From assembly GCA_951406725.2 (NCBI GenBank), contig OX597824.1:15810001-15874000 (forward strand): a stretch of 64,000 nucleotides of DNA, read 5' to 3'. The DNA comes from Octopus vulgaris (lineage: Eukaryota). Made by a program: the position numbers and the translations under genes. The first letter of the stretch is position 1, and each line of letters opens with the position of its first letter. This document shows, piece after piece, positions 41,165 through 56,657 of the stretch. The notes under the pieces were generated by a model. It worked only from the letters and a program-made list of their open reading frames with translations. It was not told the origin of the DNA and made no database searches.

Positions 41165-41870
41165 ATATATATATATATATGATATGGTTCCTGGTTCGAA
41201 TTTTCTGCTCAGTATGTTGGGCAATTATTTTTCTTCTATAACCATGCCAGCGACAACCCGTGTTCCTTTTATCTGATATTAGGAATAAACAAACTGTGTT
41301 GAAAGTCTACTGAGTGGGTTGTTAATTCCTTGGCTGGAAGAATTTACCCGTCACCTAAATTCAACACCGTCTCCTATTCAGATAAATATCCACATTGTTA
41401 CAAACGCACCGATTGAAATCTCTGGTGTATGGTTTTAACAAAGGGGCTCCGGTGCTTTCCTAAATTTTTTTCCATGTGTCTAAGGGACCCTAATGCAAAA
41501 TTTAGTGGGATGAGTGGGATGGCCACAGCTACTCTGACTAACACATAAAACAATGCAGAGACGCGCACAATGTATGAATAATGTGTAAATTCGCGAATAA
41601 GTGTTGGCGTGTATTTGTAAGTGAGTTGTTGACATGTGAATAAAATATGCTGTATTAACACATGTTTACAGAAATACATTCGGAATAATGGCGGTGATTA
41701 TCTCACAAAAGACTTTGCATTTAATAATCTGCCTCTACCGAGGTACTAGGCTTCTTCACTCCACCCTCTTTCACATCTCTCTCTCTCTCTGTATATTTAT
41801 GTATATGTGTATGTGTGTGTATCGATATGAATATAGATATATAGCTAGATAGATAGATAAGCATAGATAG

Positions 41871-41910
<40 letters not shown>

Positions 41911-42002
41911 TTATGTATTTATTATATAATACGTATATATGTGTGTGTATATGCTTACCCAGCTATTTTTCCATGTGCAATAAACTACACAAATGTTTAT
42001 TG

Positions 42003-42056
<54 letters not shown>

Positions 42057-42126
42057 CATATATGTATGAATGTATATATGTATATATATGTATATATCTA
42101 TATCTATATCTATATCTATCTATCTA

Positions 42127-42191
<65 letters not shown>

Positions 42192-42254
42192 ATATGTGTA
42201 TATATGTATATATATATATGTATATATATATGTATATATATATATGTATATATA

Positions 42255-42321
<67 letters not shown>

Positions 42322-42846
42322 GAGTGTGCATGTATGTATGTATATAGCGATGTCACTCGTCCCGTTTATTCTAATGCCAGATAAATTGGAATCATATATA
42401 TTTCATGTGGACATTGATCTCTGGACATCTGGTCAACAATGGATATTAAAGTGTAAATAAGAGGGAGCTCGGTTAATGGAGAGGGGCACATGGAGGGAGA
42501 CGGAGAATAGTGGGGGATGGAGAACGGGAAGGCGTGAAGGGGAGAGATGTGGTTCAGGGTGGAAGCAAGAGAGGAAGAGGTACCGAGTAAATAGACATTA
42601 ATAGAGAGGATAGGGACAGATTATTGAGAAAAAAGGAGAGAGAAGCAGTCATATATGTATAGATAGCGGCTGATGTATATGTTTGTATGTGTGTGTATGA
42701 GCGTGTATGGGTATCTATAGGACAGGATAGGATAAACTATCCTATACTATCCTATTCTATGTATGTATCTAAATATGTATGTCTGTATGTATGCATGTAT
42801 GCATGTATCTATCTATCTGTTTATTTACCTATCTGTTTGTATATCC

Positions 42847-42916
<70 letters not shown>

Positions 42917-42979
42917 GTATGTATGTATGTATGTATCTATCTATCTATATATCTATCTATCTATCTATCTCTATATATA

Positions 42980-43200
42980 TACTCTTTTACTCTTTTACTT
43001 GATTCAGTCATTTGACTGTGGCCATGCTGGAGCACCGCCTTTAGTCGAGCAAATCGCCCCCAGGACTTATTCTTTGAAAGCCTAGTACTTATTCTATCGT
43101 TTCCTTTTGCCGAACGGCTAAGTTACAGGGACGTAAACACACCACCATCGGTTGTCAAGCGATGTTCGTGGTGGGGACAAACACAGACACACAAACATAT

Positions 43201-43262
<62 letters not shown>

Positions 43263-43423
43263 GACGGGCTTCTTTCAGTTTCCGTCTACCAAATCCACTC
43301 ACAAGGCTTTTGTCGGCCCGAGACTATAGGAGAAGACACTTGCCCAAGGTGCCACGCAGTGGATTGAACCAAGAACCATGTGGTTGGCAAGCAAGCTACT
43401 TACCGCATAGCCAAACCTGCGCC
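42980..43423 (-). mobile_element. SINE group A
   Basis: Full-length reverse copy. Confidence 0.9.
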
Positions 43424-43445
43424 TGTATGTATACACTTTTCACAC

Positions 43446-43625
43446 TACAGTTATCCCTCGCCATATCGCGGTGTAGTTTCGCATTAATAATAAAATTAAT
43501 ATATACAAATTATAAAAAATAATAAAAAACAAGATATACAATACAGTACTTCCTACTTCGCGGATTCTCACCTATCGCACGGGGTTTTGGAACGTTACAC
43601 CCGCAATAGCCGAGGAATTACTGTA
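43446..43625 (-). mobile_element. pogo/Tigger-like MITE
   Basis: TA-CAGTTATCCCTCG ... CGAGGAATTACTG-TA termini. Confidence 0.8.
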
Positions 43626-43997
43626 TATCCTTTTTGTCAATTCAACCCACGGGCTGTCACATTATAGTATGCTCTCAATCTCCTGGCTTTTAACCTCTTC
43701 ATCTTCACCTTATATCTTTCACACCAAATAAGTTTTTCACTTGGTTATTCTCTTCTCTCCTATTTCACTTCATCTCTCTGTCTCTCTCTTTTCTCCTCTC
43801 CTCTCTCTTTTTTCTTTCGTCTCTCTTTCTCCCTCCTTCTGCCGCATCTCTTTGTATTCCTGAAGAAGGATTCGTGTTCAAAATATCAAGACACCTCTTA
43901 CTCATTTCAAGCTTTACACTAATAATGCATTTTTTTGCTTTTAGTCGTACTTTCCTTTCTCTTAGTTGTATTTAAACCATTTATTTCATTCCCATGC

Positions 43998-44041
<44 letters not shown>

Positions 44042-44116
44042 TACACACACACATATATATATACACACACACACAAATATACACACAGATATATAAAAAA
44101 TAATCATATCTTACTT

Positions 44117-44293
44117 AAGACAATCAACATAAGGAACGACCCTTCATCAGTTGCCAGCTGTTTTTCTAGTCCGTATTTCAAGCACTTCCAGGTTCAGTCC
44201 CACTGGTTTGCATCTTGAACAAATGTCCTCTGCTCTATCCCCGGTCCGACCAAAGCCATATGAGTGGATACGAAAACTTTGTGGATACCTAAA
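44117..44293. repeat. Right arm of the 177-bp inverted duplication
   Basis: Reverse complement of 40471-40647. Confidence 0.9.
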
Positions 44294-44564
44294 CGCCAAG
44301 ATGAGATATCATAATACAATCAGTAGTCCATGTTTGTTATGTTTGTTATCATTTTTTGTTTATGCGGTTTTGTTTTTTTACTTACCATAATCATCCCAAG
44401 CCTTTTCAGTGAAGAATACACCTTTTTTTCCCAGTGTATCTGGGATAGAGATCTATGTGAACTTTTCTTTCATGCCTTACCTGAAGTTTGTTAGCTGTTC
44501 TAATAACCATTTTATTTACGTACTCACAAAATTCAGTGAGATAGCTGCTGAGCAGTTCTTTTCT

Positions 44565-44743
44565 TATTTCTTTATTGCCCACAAGGCGCTAAACATAGAG
44601 GGGACAAACAAGGACAGACAAAGGGATTAAGTCGATTACATCGACCCCAGTTCGTAACTGGTATTTTATTTATCGACCACGAAAGGATGAAAGGCAAAGT
44701 CGGAATTTGAACTCAGAACGTAACGGCAAACGAAATACCGCTA
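44565..44743 (-). mobile_element. 5'-truncated SINE group B
   Basis: 14-bp TSD AGCAGTTCTTTTCT (44551-44564, 44744-44757). Confidence 0.85.
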
Positions 44744-45602
44744 AGCAGTTCTTTTCTGTTAGGGATATTGTTCCGCTTTTACAGTTCAGGTTCTGTATGT
44801 TGTTAGTATTTGATATTGCTGTTCTTGCGCGCGAAATATAATCTGTCTGTAGCCTTAAGAAACATAACATTTCTAATTAACCATCAATAAGGTCATGCAT
44901 TCATATCGTTAAGTGTTTCTAGTAACTAATTCAGAAAGCCAAACACAAGAGTCAGATAAAACACTGCCGAGGTGTTGTGATCGATTGACTTATCATAGAT
45001 TCAGCCTTCCGGTGGCCAGATTTTCTTCACTCTCATGAAATGTTTACTTGTAACATTCTACGTATGAATGAGTCTAACAGACCTGATCAAATTACTTTGT
45101 TTTTGCACTTGACCAAGCTATATTACCTAACCGTTAAGATTTCTGAAAGCAGCGAGGTGGCAGAATCGTTATCGCACCAGGGAAATATATATAAAGACTC
45201 TCATACTAGAGTGTACTTACCAAAATCAAAAGCAGTAAATTTTAATTTTTAATTTATAGTTCAAACAAACACCATTTTGTAGTATTACTTCAAATTAAAA
45301 AAAAAAAAAAAACTACCATTCGATACATTATACAAAATTCAAATTTTATATCTCTGAAGAGCAGAAGGGTTAAATATAAATGCTTATCAATATAGGATTC
45401 CATTATAAGGACAGCACTTCTGTGAAACGATTGTACGATGCTTTAAAACCTTAATTTAAAACTTTTAAACTGTCATATACATTATATATTTATACTTATA
45501 CATATTTACATATATTTTTATATATATTTATATTTTCAATACAACAATTATTTTACTCACGTATATATCTTTCTGAAGAATTTTCTAATATTGATTTCCT
45601 GA

Positions 45603-46356
<754 letters not shown>

Positions 46357-46379
46357 GTAATAATAATAATAATATATGT

Positions 46380-46560
46380 TCTTTTATTTTTTCACTTGTT
46401 TCAGTCATTTGACTGCGCCCAAACAAATCGACCCTCGGGTATATTCTTTGTAAGCCTAGTACTTATTCTATCGGTCCGATTTGCCGAACCGCAAATGTTA
46501 CGGTGACGTAAACACACCAACATCGGTTGTCAAGCGATGGTGGGGGAGAAACACACACAC
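46380..46560 (-). mobile_element. SINE group A, 3' half
   Basis: CTTGTTTCAGTCATTTGACTGCG ... CATCGGTTGTCAAGCGATG. Confidence 0.8.
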
Positions 46561-46647
46561 ACAAATACACACACGCACGCGCATACACACATACACACAC
46601 ACATACACATACTTCTGAGGAAGTGTATCTCCGTGTAGTCCTATGTA

Positions 46648-46873
46648 AATACTTATTTCTTTACTACCCTCAAGGGGCTAAACACAGAGAGGACAAACAA
46701 GGACAGACAAACGGATTAAGTCGAATATATCGACCCCAGTGCGTAACTGGTACTTATTTAATCGACCCCGAAAGGATGAAAGGCAAAGTCGACCTCGGCG
46801 GAATTTGAACTCACAACGTAACGGCAGACGAAATACTGCTGAGCATTTCGCCCGGCGTGCTAACGTTTTTGCC
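46648..46873 (-). mobile_element. SINE group B
   Basis: Tail, central domain and most of the head. Confidence 0.9.
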
Positions 46874-46909
46874 ATAAGTCTGTGTCTATGAAATACACAC
46901 ACATATATC

Positions 46910-46967
<58 letters not shown>

Positions 46968-47328
46968 TGTGTGCGTGTGTGTGTGCGTGTCACTATGCGT
47001 TTTGCATTTATTTGTGATTGTGTATAAATAAGGGGTGTTAGGACATGCGAAGCGAAGTGTTAAATATGGCGCGATCGGGAGAAAAATGTTCGGCAATTGG
47101 AGTTAATAGTTTGAATAAGGATGAAGAGGGAGTTTTAAGAGCAATAAATGGCAGCAATACTTAGAGAGTAGCATATAGAAAAGTGAAGAAGAAGCAAAGA
47201 CAAGGCGAAAACGGGACAAAATAAGAAATAAAACAAGTTTTTTCACACACGTAAATAAAATGTGTGGCTTTCTGTGTGTGCGCGTGAGTGAGAGTGTGAA
47301 TATATGTTTGTGTGTGTGTCTATATATG

Positions 47329-47380
<52 letters not shown>

Positions 47381-47393
47381 TATATATATAAAC

Positions 47394-47441
<48 letters not shown>

Positions 47442-47541
47442 ATATATACATATATATATATACATACATACATATATGCATACATAAATATGTGTGTGTG
47501 TGCGTATGTGTATATATGTAAGTATCTATGTCTATATATCA

Positions 47542-47594
<53 letters not shown>

Positions 47595-48286
47595 TATATA
47601 TATGTATATATATATATATGTTTGTGTGTGTGTGTGCGTATGTGCGTGCAAGTGTATGTCTGTGTGTGTGTGTGTGTGTGTGTGTAGAGAAGTATTCATG
47701 CACGTATCAAGATCTCACAAATACGAATGCAAGAGAACAGGGCTTGAGTAGAAGAGCGAAATATTCAGCATATGACCCCTGACTGCAATAAAGAGATATA
47801 CTCTTGTAAACGGAAGAATTCGATATCGAACAATTAAATGCTGATCTTTATGTTGTAGGTGCTGTTAGTGAGAACATGCTCGTCTTCCATTACATTCTAC
47901 AGATATTGAAACATATTGAGAGCTTTCAAGAACGCAATTTCTGTATTTTTTTTCTCTCTTTTTTTTTTATTTTTTCGCGTATCCTTATTCTTAAGAATTT
48001 TTTTTTTGTTACTCTGCAGCAAATGGAAAACTCTTCATGTGTATTCCATTGCAAGAACTGAAGTGTAATTTCGGTGCCGGAGATGCGAATTGGGAAAGCA
48101 ATATGCTTTGCAGACTGCTGAGAAAATAATATGGATTTCGATGCTTTCCGCTCTTTTGTATTTCAAAAGACAAACACAACAACAAAAATAATCAGTGAAA
48201 CACAGTTAGCAAATTTAAGAGGCGAGAAGTATATAAAAATTACAGCAAGAAAAATTGATATGGGTTGTATCAATTATATTCATTTA

Positions 48287-48329
<43 letters not shown>

Positions 48330-48348
48330 GTATATATATATATATGTA

Positions 48349-48417
<69 letters not shown>

Positions 48418-48428
48418 GTGTATATATC

Positions 48429-48492
<64 letters not shown>

Positions 48493-48579
48493 ATATATAG
48501 AGAGAGATAGAGAGAGAGATACATACATATATATATATTTATGCATACATATATATATATATGTATATATATATATATG

Positions 48580-48700
<121 letters not shown>

Positions 48701-48799
48701 ATATATATTTCTATATGCATATCCATTAATTTTTATCACTTGTACGCGCAGTATTTTCCTGAATTGCACATGTGGAATGCTTTCATGGAAAAGAATATT

Positions 48800-48846
<47 letters not shown>

Positions 48847-49094
48847 ACTCACACACATGTATAAGCACACACGCTCTTGTGAATGTATATATTTGTATCT
48901 GTGTTACGTTTTACGTTATATAATTCCCTAGTCCATAAATAAACAATTAGAGCTAAGCATGCACATACACGAATATATACATTTATACATACATTATGAA
49001 TATGCGTGTGTTTATGTGTGTGTATGTATGTATGTATGTATGTATGTATATATGTAGGCGTAAATATTCGATTTTAGCAGTTTATAGATGATAA

Positions 49095-49560
49095 ATGTTG
49101 TTTTCAAGTTTTGGTACAGTGCCAGCAATTTGGATTACATCGACCTCAGTCCTCAATTCGTACTTATCTTATCGACCCCGAAAAGTCGAGAGGCAAACTC
49201 AACGGATTAAGTCGATTATATCGACCGCAGTGCGTAACTGGTACTTATTTAATCGACCCCGAAAGGATGAAAGGCAAAGTCGACCTCGGCGCAATTTGAA
49301 CTCAGAACGTAACAGCAGACGAAATACCCTTTTCTTTACTACCCACAAGGGGCTAAACACAGAGGGGACAAACAAGGATAGGCACACGGATTAAGTCGAT
49401 TGCATCGACCCCAGTGCGTAACTGGTACTTAATTTATCGACCCCGAAAGGATGAAAGGCAAAGTCGACCTCGGCGGAATTTGAACTCAGAACGTAACAGC
49501 AGACGAAATACGCCTACGCATTTCGCCCGGCGTGCTAACATTTCTGCCAGCTGGTCGCCT
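49095..49560 (-). mobile_element. SINE group B multimer
   Basis: Head near 49510-49560, junction GAAATACCCTTTTC at 49321, second unit joined to a degenerate fragment. Confidence 0.85.
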
Positions 49561-49752
49561 TATGTAGATCATAAATATTGAAGTCCCTTGCTGCAATTTC
49601 AGTAACTTAAGAGGTGGGTGGATAAGATCATTCATTGGTCAGTTTAGCAGTACTACATGGCTTACGGGAGTACTAGTTCGTTCTATGCAATTGCTCGGCC
49701 TCATAGCAATAGCTCAAATCTCACATTACCTTCTTACATTAAATATAATATA

Positions 49753-49985
49753 TATTTCTTTACTACCCACAAGGGGCTAAACACAGAGGAGACAAACAAG
49801 GACATACAAAGGGATTAAGTCAATTACATAGACCCCAGTGCGTAACTGGTACTTAATTTATCGACCCCGGAAGGATGAAAGGCAAAGTCGACCTCGGCGG
49901 AATTTGAACTCGGAACGTAACGGCAGACGAAATACGGTAACGCATTTCGCCCGGCGTGCTAATGCTTCTGCCAGCTCGCCGCCTT
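49753..49985 (-). mobile_element. SINE group B monomer
   Basis: Full-length reverse copy. Confidence 0.9.
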
Positions 49986-50649
49986 TAATATATATATATA
50001 TGTTATATATAATATATATAATATATATATTATATATAATATATATAATATGTAATAATATAATATATATGTTATATATTCGCTCAAAATGGAGAAATAG
50101 TTACGATTGGATTGTCTCTGATAATAGGCAAGGCCTTTAAGAGAAGAATCAACAGGTTCATAGGTTTGTTTGTCGGAAGAGCCAACCACTGGACTGTAAG
50201 TAAGTGATGGACGCTTCCTTAATGATAAAAAGCAAAGCACAATTCCTTACACCACTCGTGAATTTTACTAGGATCCCGGGCCCCGAAATTGGCTTTTTTA
50301 GACGTTACAAATTATTTCTCGGTGGCCTTGATCCCAGCTCTGCTCAGTCGGATTTGACAATATTAAGCAGAAGCGAAAGATTATCGATAATAACATCACC
50401 CTCACTGTCACCATCATCATCATCATTGCCATCTCCATTACTGTCATCACCACCACCACCACCATCACCACCACCACCATCATAACCATCAACTACAATA
50501 AGAGCATCAACACCACACCAACTCCACAACCATCACCACTACCAACTATCACTACAAACAACACCACACCCAATATCATCACCACCACCACCACCGTCGG
50601 CGTAGTTGTCCTCGTCGTCGTCGTCATCATAATCATCACCACCACCACC

Positions 50650-50681
<32 letters not shown>

Positions 50682-50686
50682 CAACA

Positions 50687-50733
<47 letters not shown>

Positions 50734-50958
50734 AACAACAGGACCTGATACCCAGGATGGATGTCTTTAACGGAGTTTAAGGATACTTTAACTGGGTTTA
50801 AGGATAATGCCATCACTTTTCTTCTTTTTCTTTCCCCCCCATTATACTCGGATCCCTGACAAATAAACGGACCCGGCACTAGTATAGCCAAACTCAAATA
50901 GGGGTAGCTCACCTCTCTGGATGGCCTTTTTTAGGGAGTATAATGCATATGTGAAATA

Positions 50959-51107
50959 AGGTAGTCAGAAATCTGGATCGTTTTATATTTACTGATTTTA
51001 TCAAATCTGGAGAGTCTACTAGAGTAGATGCAAGCGCTAATATATGATTTATAAAAACATGTGACATATTAATAAATATAAAACCATCCAGATTTTTCTG
51101 ATTACCT
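50959..51107. mobile_element. MITE, probably Tc1/mariner-type
   Basis: About 33-bp imperfect TIRs AGGTAGTCAGAAATCTGGATCGTTTTATATTTA / TAAATATAAAACCATCCAGATTTTTCTGATTACCT. Confidence 0.65.
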
Positions 51108-51175
51108 CATTTCTTCTAATATATAATACCTATACATCACCTCCAAACCTTCCAATATATATATATATATATATG

Positions 51176-51371
51176 TGACCTCGTGAAGACCATTTGCATT
51201 TTTTTCCCTCTGTCCTCCCACCTCGGGATCTTTCTTTCTCCTATGTTTCCGACGAAGAGCTCCGCTCGAAACGTCATACCCTCCTTCTTCCCTTCTTTCC
51301 TGAGCGCCCAATAATACTTTATTTGTTCCACATCCTCGCGTTGTTGTCTTTTTGTTTTCTTGTTTGGATTA

Positions 51372-51376
<5 letters not shown>
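51176..51376 (+). mobile_element. Penelope-like pLTR fragment with minimal hammerhead-like motif
   Basis: 51245-51279 GTTT-CCGACGA-AGAGCTCCGCTC-GAAA-CG-TC-ATAC; between (TA)n runs. Confidence 0.65.
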
Positions 51377-51430
<54 letters not shown>

Positions 51431-51434
<4 letters not shown>

Positions 51435-51700
51435 CAATTCTAAAGGGTCGAAACAATCCCGAGCAACGCCGGGCGATACTGCTAGTAAATATATATATTT
51501 GTTTCGACCCTTTAGAATTGGAATTTTTGAAAAGTAAAAATTTTGCATTATGTAGCTTGTTATTCTCTTTAAGTGAACATTTTTCTGGCTGAAATATACC
51601 GAAAAATGGCAACACAGCAGTCAAAAAATCGTAAAAAATAAGGATTTTCATAGCAAAAAAGCACCTTTTTGATGTTAATAATTTTTGGTGTTAACCTTCT
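51431..51700. mobile_element. Helitron 3' terminus plus inverted Helitron subterminal fragment
   Basis: Hairpin CCCGAGCAACGCCGGG then CTAG|T (51482-51486); perfect 26-bp inverted repeat 51431-51456 / 51499-51524. Confidence 0.7.
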
Positions 51701-51831
51701 TCTATCATACTTTCAATTTTGGTCAACTTGCGCCCCTGTGTCTCGGAGGAGATAGTGTTAGTTGAAGGCTACCAAACCTGCCATACACAGACAACTTCAG
51801 CTTTATATATCAAAATATTTATATATATGTA

Positions 51832-51866
<35 letters not shown>

Positions 51867-52292
51867 GTACACACACACACACACACACACACTCACACAG
51901 CTTATAGCCCCATATACTTGCTTCTTTATAGTCTACGGATGCTACCACCACCGACAATACCATCACCGCCATCACCACCAACACCATCACCATCACCATT
52001 GAGCGGAATAACAACCCTACACAACTGTTGCTTTTTCCTTTTTACTTTTTTTTTTCTCCAGTAATATTTTATTTCTTTATTTCTTTATTTTATTTGTTTG
52101 TTTATATTGGTTATTGTGTTAATGACTATTAAATATTCTGATTAATGTCAATCAAATATAGCTCTTATTATTATTTAGGATAATGTCTCATTACGTTTAC
52201 AAATTACATATTTATCTGTGCGTGTCAATGTGTGAACCTCTGTGTGTGTGTGTGAGAGTGTGTGCATATGTATATATATATATATTTTTTTT

Positions 52293-52378
<86 letters not shown>

Positions 52379-52486
52379 ATATATATATATAAGCATGTAT
52401 GTATGAAGTGTGAGTATATATATATAAGCATGTATGTATGAATGTCTGTATGTGTGAATATATATATATATATGTATATTTATATG

Positions 52487-52534
<48 letters not shown>

Positions 52535-52727
52535 TTATATATACATATATAATATATATTATATATATATATTATATTATATTTATACATACATATATAA
52601 TATATATTATATATATATATATATACAGAGAGAGTGTGTGTGTGAGAAAGAGAAAGAGAGAGAGAGGAAGAAAGAGGGAGAAAAGAGAGAGAAAGATAGA
52701 GAAATATTTACATATATAATGTGTGTA

Positions 52728-52771
<44 letters not shown>

Positions 52772-52964
52772 CGTACGTACGAGAGACTGGGGTACTGTTC
52801 GTTTCATTAATATACTTATTGCCGGTTAAGAGAAAGATAAAAAGCAAAGCATACAGAAAAAAAACAACAACAAAAACATATTACTTCCCACTGCGGGCGA
52901 AAGATGTTTCCTCGTTAATTAAGTATCTGATGATACACACAGACATATATAGTAGTGTGTGTGT

Positions 52965-53006
<42 letters not shown>

Positions 53007-53124
53007 GTGTAATGAACAATGAAACGAAATTAACAATCTTCCATGCATAATTTTATTTGTACGGAAAGAGATGATGTTATTCAATTGCTTCCAGGTTTCC
53101 ACCGCGAAAATGTCTGACGCACAA

Positions 53125-53268
<144 letters not shown>

Positions 53269-53276
53269 CATCATGC

Positions 53277-53330
<54 letters not shown>

Positions 53331-53339
53331 ATCTGTCTG

Positions 53340-53409
<70 letters not shown>

Positions 53410-53638
53410 CATCCATCCATCCATCTATTTATCTATCTATCTATCTAACCTATCTGCCCAGTAATCTATGCATGCATGTATGTATGTATGTATGTATGTA
53501 TGTATGTATGTATGTATGTATGTATGTATGTATGTATGTATGTATGTATGTATGTATGTGTGTGTTTTTGTATGTATGTATGCATGCATGCATGTATGTA
53601 TGTATGTATGTATGTACATACGTACGTACATACGTATG

Positions 53639-53672
<34 letters not shown>

Positions 53673-54114
53673 TGTATGTATGTATGTACGCATTTATGTA
53701 CGTACGTACGTATGTATGTATGTATGTGTGTGTGTGCATGTATGAATGTATGTATATATGTATGTATGTATGTATATACTTACGTTCGTATGTATGTATG
53801 TATGTATGTATGTATATACTTACGTACGTATGTATGTATGTATGTATGTATGTATGTATGTATGTATGTATGTATGTATCACTCTCTGCCTGTCTGCTTG
53901 TCTGTCTGTCATTGTGTGTATCTATCTGACATTCTCTCTGTCTATCTATGTGCGTGTGTGTCTATTATGCGTGTCTGCTGGAAGATTTGTTTTTGCCAAT
54001 AAAAATACTTCTTTATTAATGGATTTCTGTCTTTCGTTACAAATCTGTAACCTTTCAATGAGTTTCATATAATGGCCTAATTTTTCCTTTTCCTCATTTG
54101 GTATTCTATATATT

Positions 54115-54505
54115 GTGGAGGCGCAATGGTCCAGTGGTTAGGGCAGCGGACTCGCGGCGTAGGATCGCGGTTTCGATTCCCAGACCGGGCGTTGTGAGTG
54201 TTTATTGAGCGAAAACACCTAAAAGTTCCACGAGGCTCCGGCAGGGGATGGTGGTGATCCCTGCTATACTCTTTCACCACAACTTTCTCTCACTCTTGCT
54301 TCCTGTTTCTGTTGTACCTGTATTTCAAAGGGCCGGCCTTGTCACTCTCTGTGTCACGCTGAATATCCCCGAGAACTACGTTAAGGGTACACGTGTCTGT
54401 GGAGTGCTCAGCCACTTACACGTTAATTTCACGAGCAGGCTGTTCCGTTGATCGGATCAACCGGAACCCTCGTCGTCGTAACCGACGGAGTGCTTCCATC
54501 CATCC
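54115..54505 (+). mobile_element. SINE group C subtype 2, full length
   Basis: 12-bp TSD ATTCTATATATT (54103-54114, 54506-54517); tail ends GTCGTAACCGACGGAGTGC then (CCAT)n. Confidence 0.9.
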
Positions 54506-54858
54506 ATTCTATATATTAATTGTGGTGAGTCTATGTATGAGTTTGTGACTGTTGTTATGTTATTGTGTAGTTTATAAAGTTGCCTCTGTGCGTGTATAGA
54601 GGGGGCACACGCTTTCGCGTTTCGTTTCATTTTTATATTTTGTTTCCATTTCTTATTCATTTTTTGCACCTTTCGATTGCTATGGTTTTATTATATACTA
54701 GTAATAGATAAATGGTTCTGGGTGAGGTCATGTGAGGTTCTGTGTGAGGCCATGTGTGGTTCTGGATGAGGTTGCTATAATGTTCAATTTATATACTGCT
54801 TTATTTTATATTTTATTTCTTGTGCTTGTGATACAATATTGAGTGATATATCGGTTCT

Positions 54859-55134
54859 TATTGATTCCTCGACTATCGCAGGTGTTACGTTCCAAAATCC
54901 CCCGCGATAGGTGAAAATCCGCGAAGTAGAAACAATCCTGTATATTTTTAAAAATTATTTTTATAATTTGTATACATTTATTTTATTATAAATGCAAAAC
55001 AACACCACTGAGGAATTGATGTAAGCTTAAATAATATACCGCGGTAGGGGAACGGCGATAGGTGAACAGCGATAGGTGAATCGCGATAGGTAAACCGCGA
55101 TAGATGAACCGTGATATGGCAAGGGATTACTGTA
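54859..55134 (+). mobile_element. pogo/Tigger-like MITE with 14-bp subterminal repeats
   Basis: CCTCGACTATCGC left, AGGGATTACTG-TA right; GCGATAGGTGAAC-type repeats about 5 times at 55040-55117. Confidence 0.8.
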
Positions 55135-56419
55135 CACCCAAATAACTGCATGCAATGGATGAAATTCTGCGCAATCTTCTGTAGATTGGCATCAGTCTTA
55201 CCACATCTGCCACCAAAACATTTTATTTTTACCTTTGACATTGCTGAACTGTGGTAGGCCGGGTATGCAGTAACAAAGGGTTTCGAATAATGCGAAAAGT
55301 TCTTCTGTCTTTTGTTATCTAGAGTTTCCTAACGATATGCCAGTGTCTTGTACAGGCATCCTTCAAGTGCTTTGCTTGAGTGGTTGTTCTATACATATCT
55401 TGATACGCTGGTGATAAGAGTCTATGCTCTCTTGCATGTTGTTCAATGTGCTTTTATCGAGCAACGTCTTGGAATTAATTGCATCTACATCACGAAAGTA
55501 CATTACCAAAGTTATGAAACTTTGCTCTCATACGGGTATAATTGACTCTCTTCATGACATAATTGACTCTCTCCTTATGAAGTAATAGTACACATTGAGT
55601 TAGAAAACCATATGGGTTTGTGTGAAATGACAGAAATTGTAGAGTATCTGATTAAATATTTTCCACTCTTAGTTAAGTCCTTTGCCATTCCGAGTTCAAA
55701 TCCAGCCTCACTGGACACTTGCTACCATTTAAATTCTTCCAATCCATTGGCTTTAATTATAAAGATTGTGATTGATTCAAACGCTAACAAATTCCAGCCT
55801 TTAGTATCGAGGTTTTGTCGATTTAAAATTCAAGATGAACTTATTTCATCTAACGTGAAAAAGAAAAACAAAATCGATTCACGATTTGAACTCAGAATTA
55901 ACAGGAAGTTGACTAAATATCGATAAGAGTATTCAATAAGTTCATTTCTCATGTGGTATGTAGAATCTTAGATTTTAAATTCTGCTCAGCAAATCTTTCC
56001 AAATTCTTTCAGCGTATTCTCTATTGGGTTGTTTCGTTAAATCCCTTTACTTTCTCAATTCAAATCTCACCTAATCACGAATGACATTGAATTCAGAAGT
56101 TTACTCTAAAGATTCCTAGGCTTCTATTAATTCTCTTCCGCAAGGGATAAGCAAGCAGAATCGCTAGAATGTCCGGAAAATACTTTGCGTTATTTCTTCC
56201 GGCCCGCTATCTTCCGATTTCAAATCCTTTCGAAGTCAATGTTGCATTTAACCCCCCGGTCTCCATAAAATAAAATATCAGTCAGGTACCAAAGTCGATG
56301 GCAACGGCTAATTCTGTATCCTCAAAATTGCTGGTATTGTGCTTAAACCTGATAAACCAATATTTGCGCTTTGTATGCTACACCTGTTCAATCCATTATT
56401 GAACGATTCATGTTCCATA

Positions 56420-56657
56420 ATAAGGCGGCGTGCTGGCAGAGGCGTTAGCACGCCGGGCGAAGTGCTTCGCGGTATTTCGCCCGTCGCTACGTTCTGAGTT
56501 CAAATTCCGCCGAGGTCAACTTTGCCTTTCAGCTTATCGGGGTCGATAAATTAAGTACTAGTTAAGCACTGGGGTCGATGTAATCATCGAGTTAATCCGT
56601 TTCTCTGTCCTTGTTTGTCCCATCTATGTTTAGCCCCTTGTGGGTAGTAAAGAAACA
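56420..56657 (+). mobile_element. SINE group B monomer
   Basis: 15-bp TSD GATTCATGTTCCATA (56405-56419, 56658-56672). Confidence 0.9.

Noticed and set aside
48000-48130. Polypyrimidine acceptor followed by about 36 open codons (NGKLFMCIPLQELKC...)
   Set aside because: No recognisable protein similarity or partner exon; compatible with chance
55220-55480. Possible RTE-like RT fragment on the minus strand (QESIDSYHQRI)
   Set aside because: Too degraded to support without a search
55600-56350. Cluster of B-box-like GTTCAAATC motifs
   Set aside because: Most simply old, decayed SINE B relatives rather than Pol III genes
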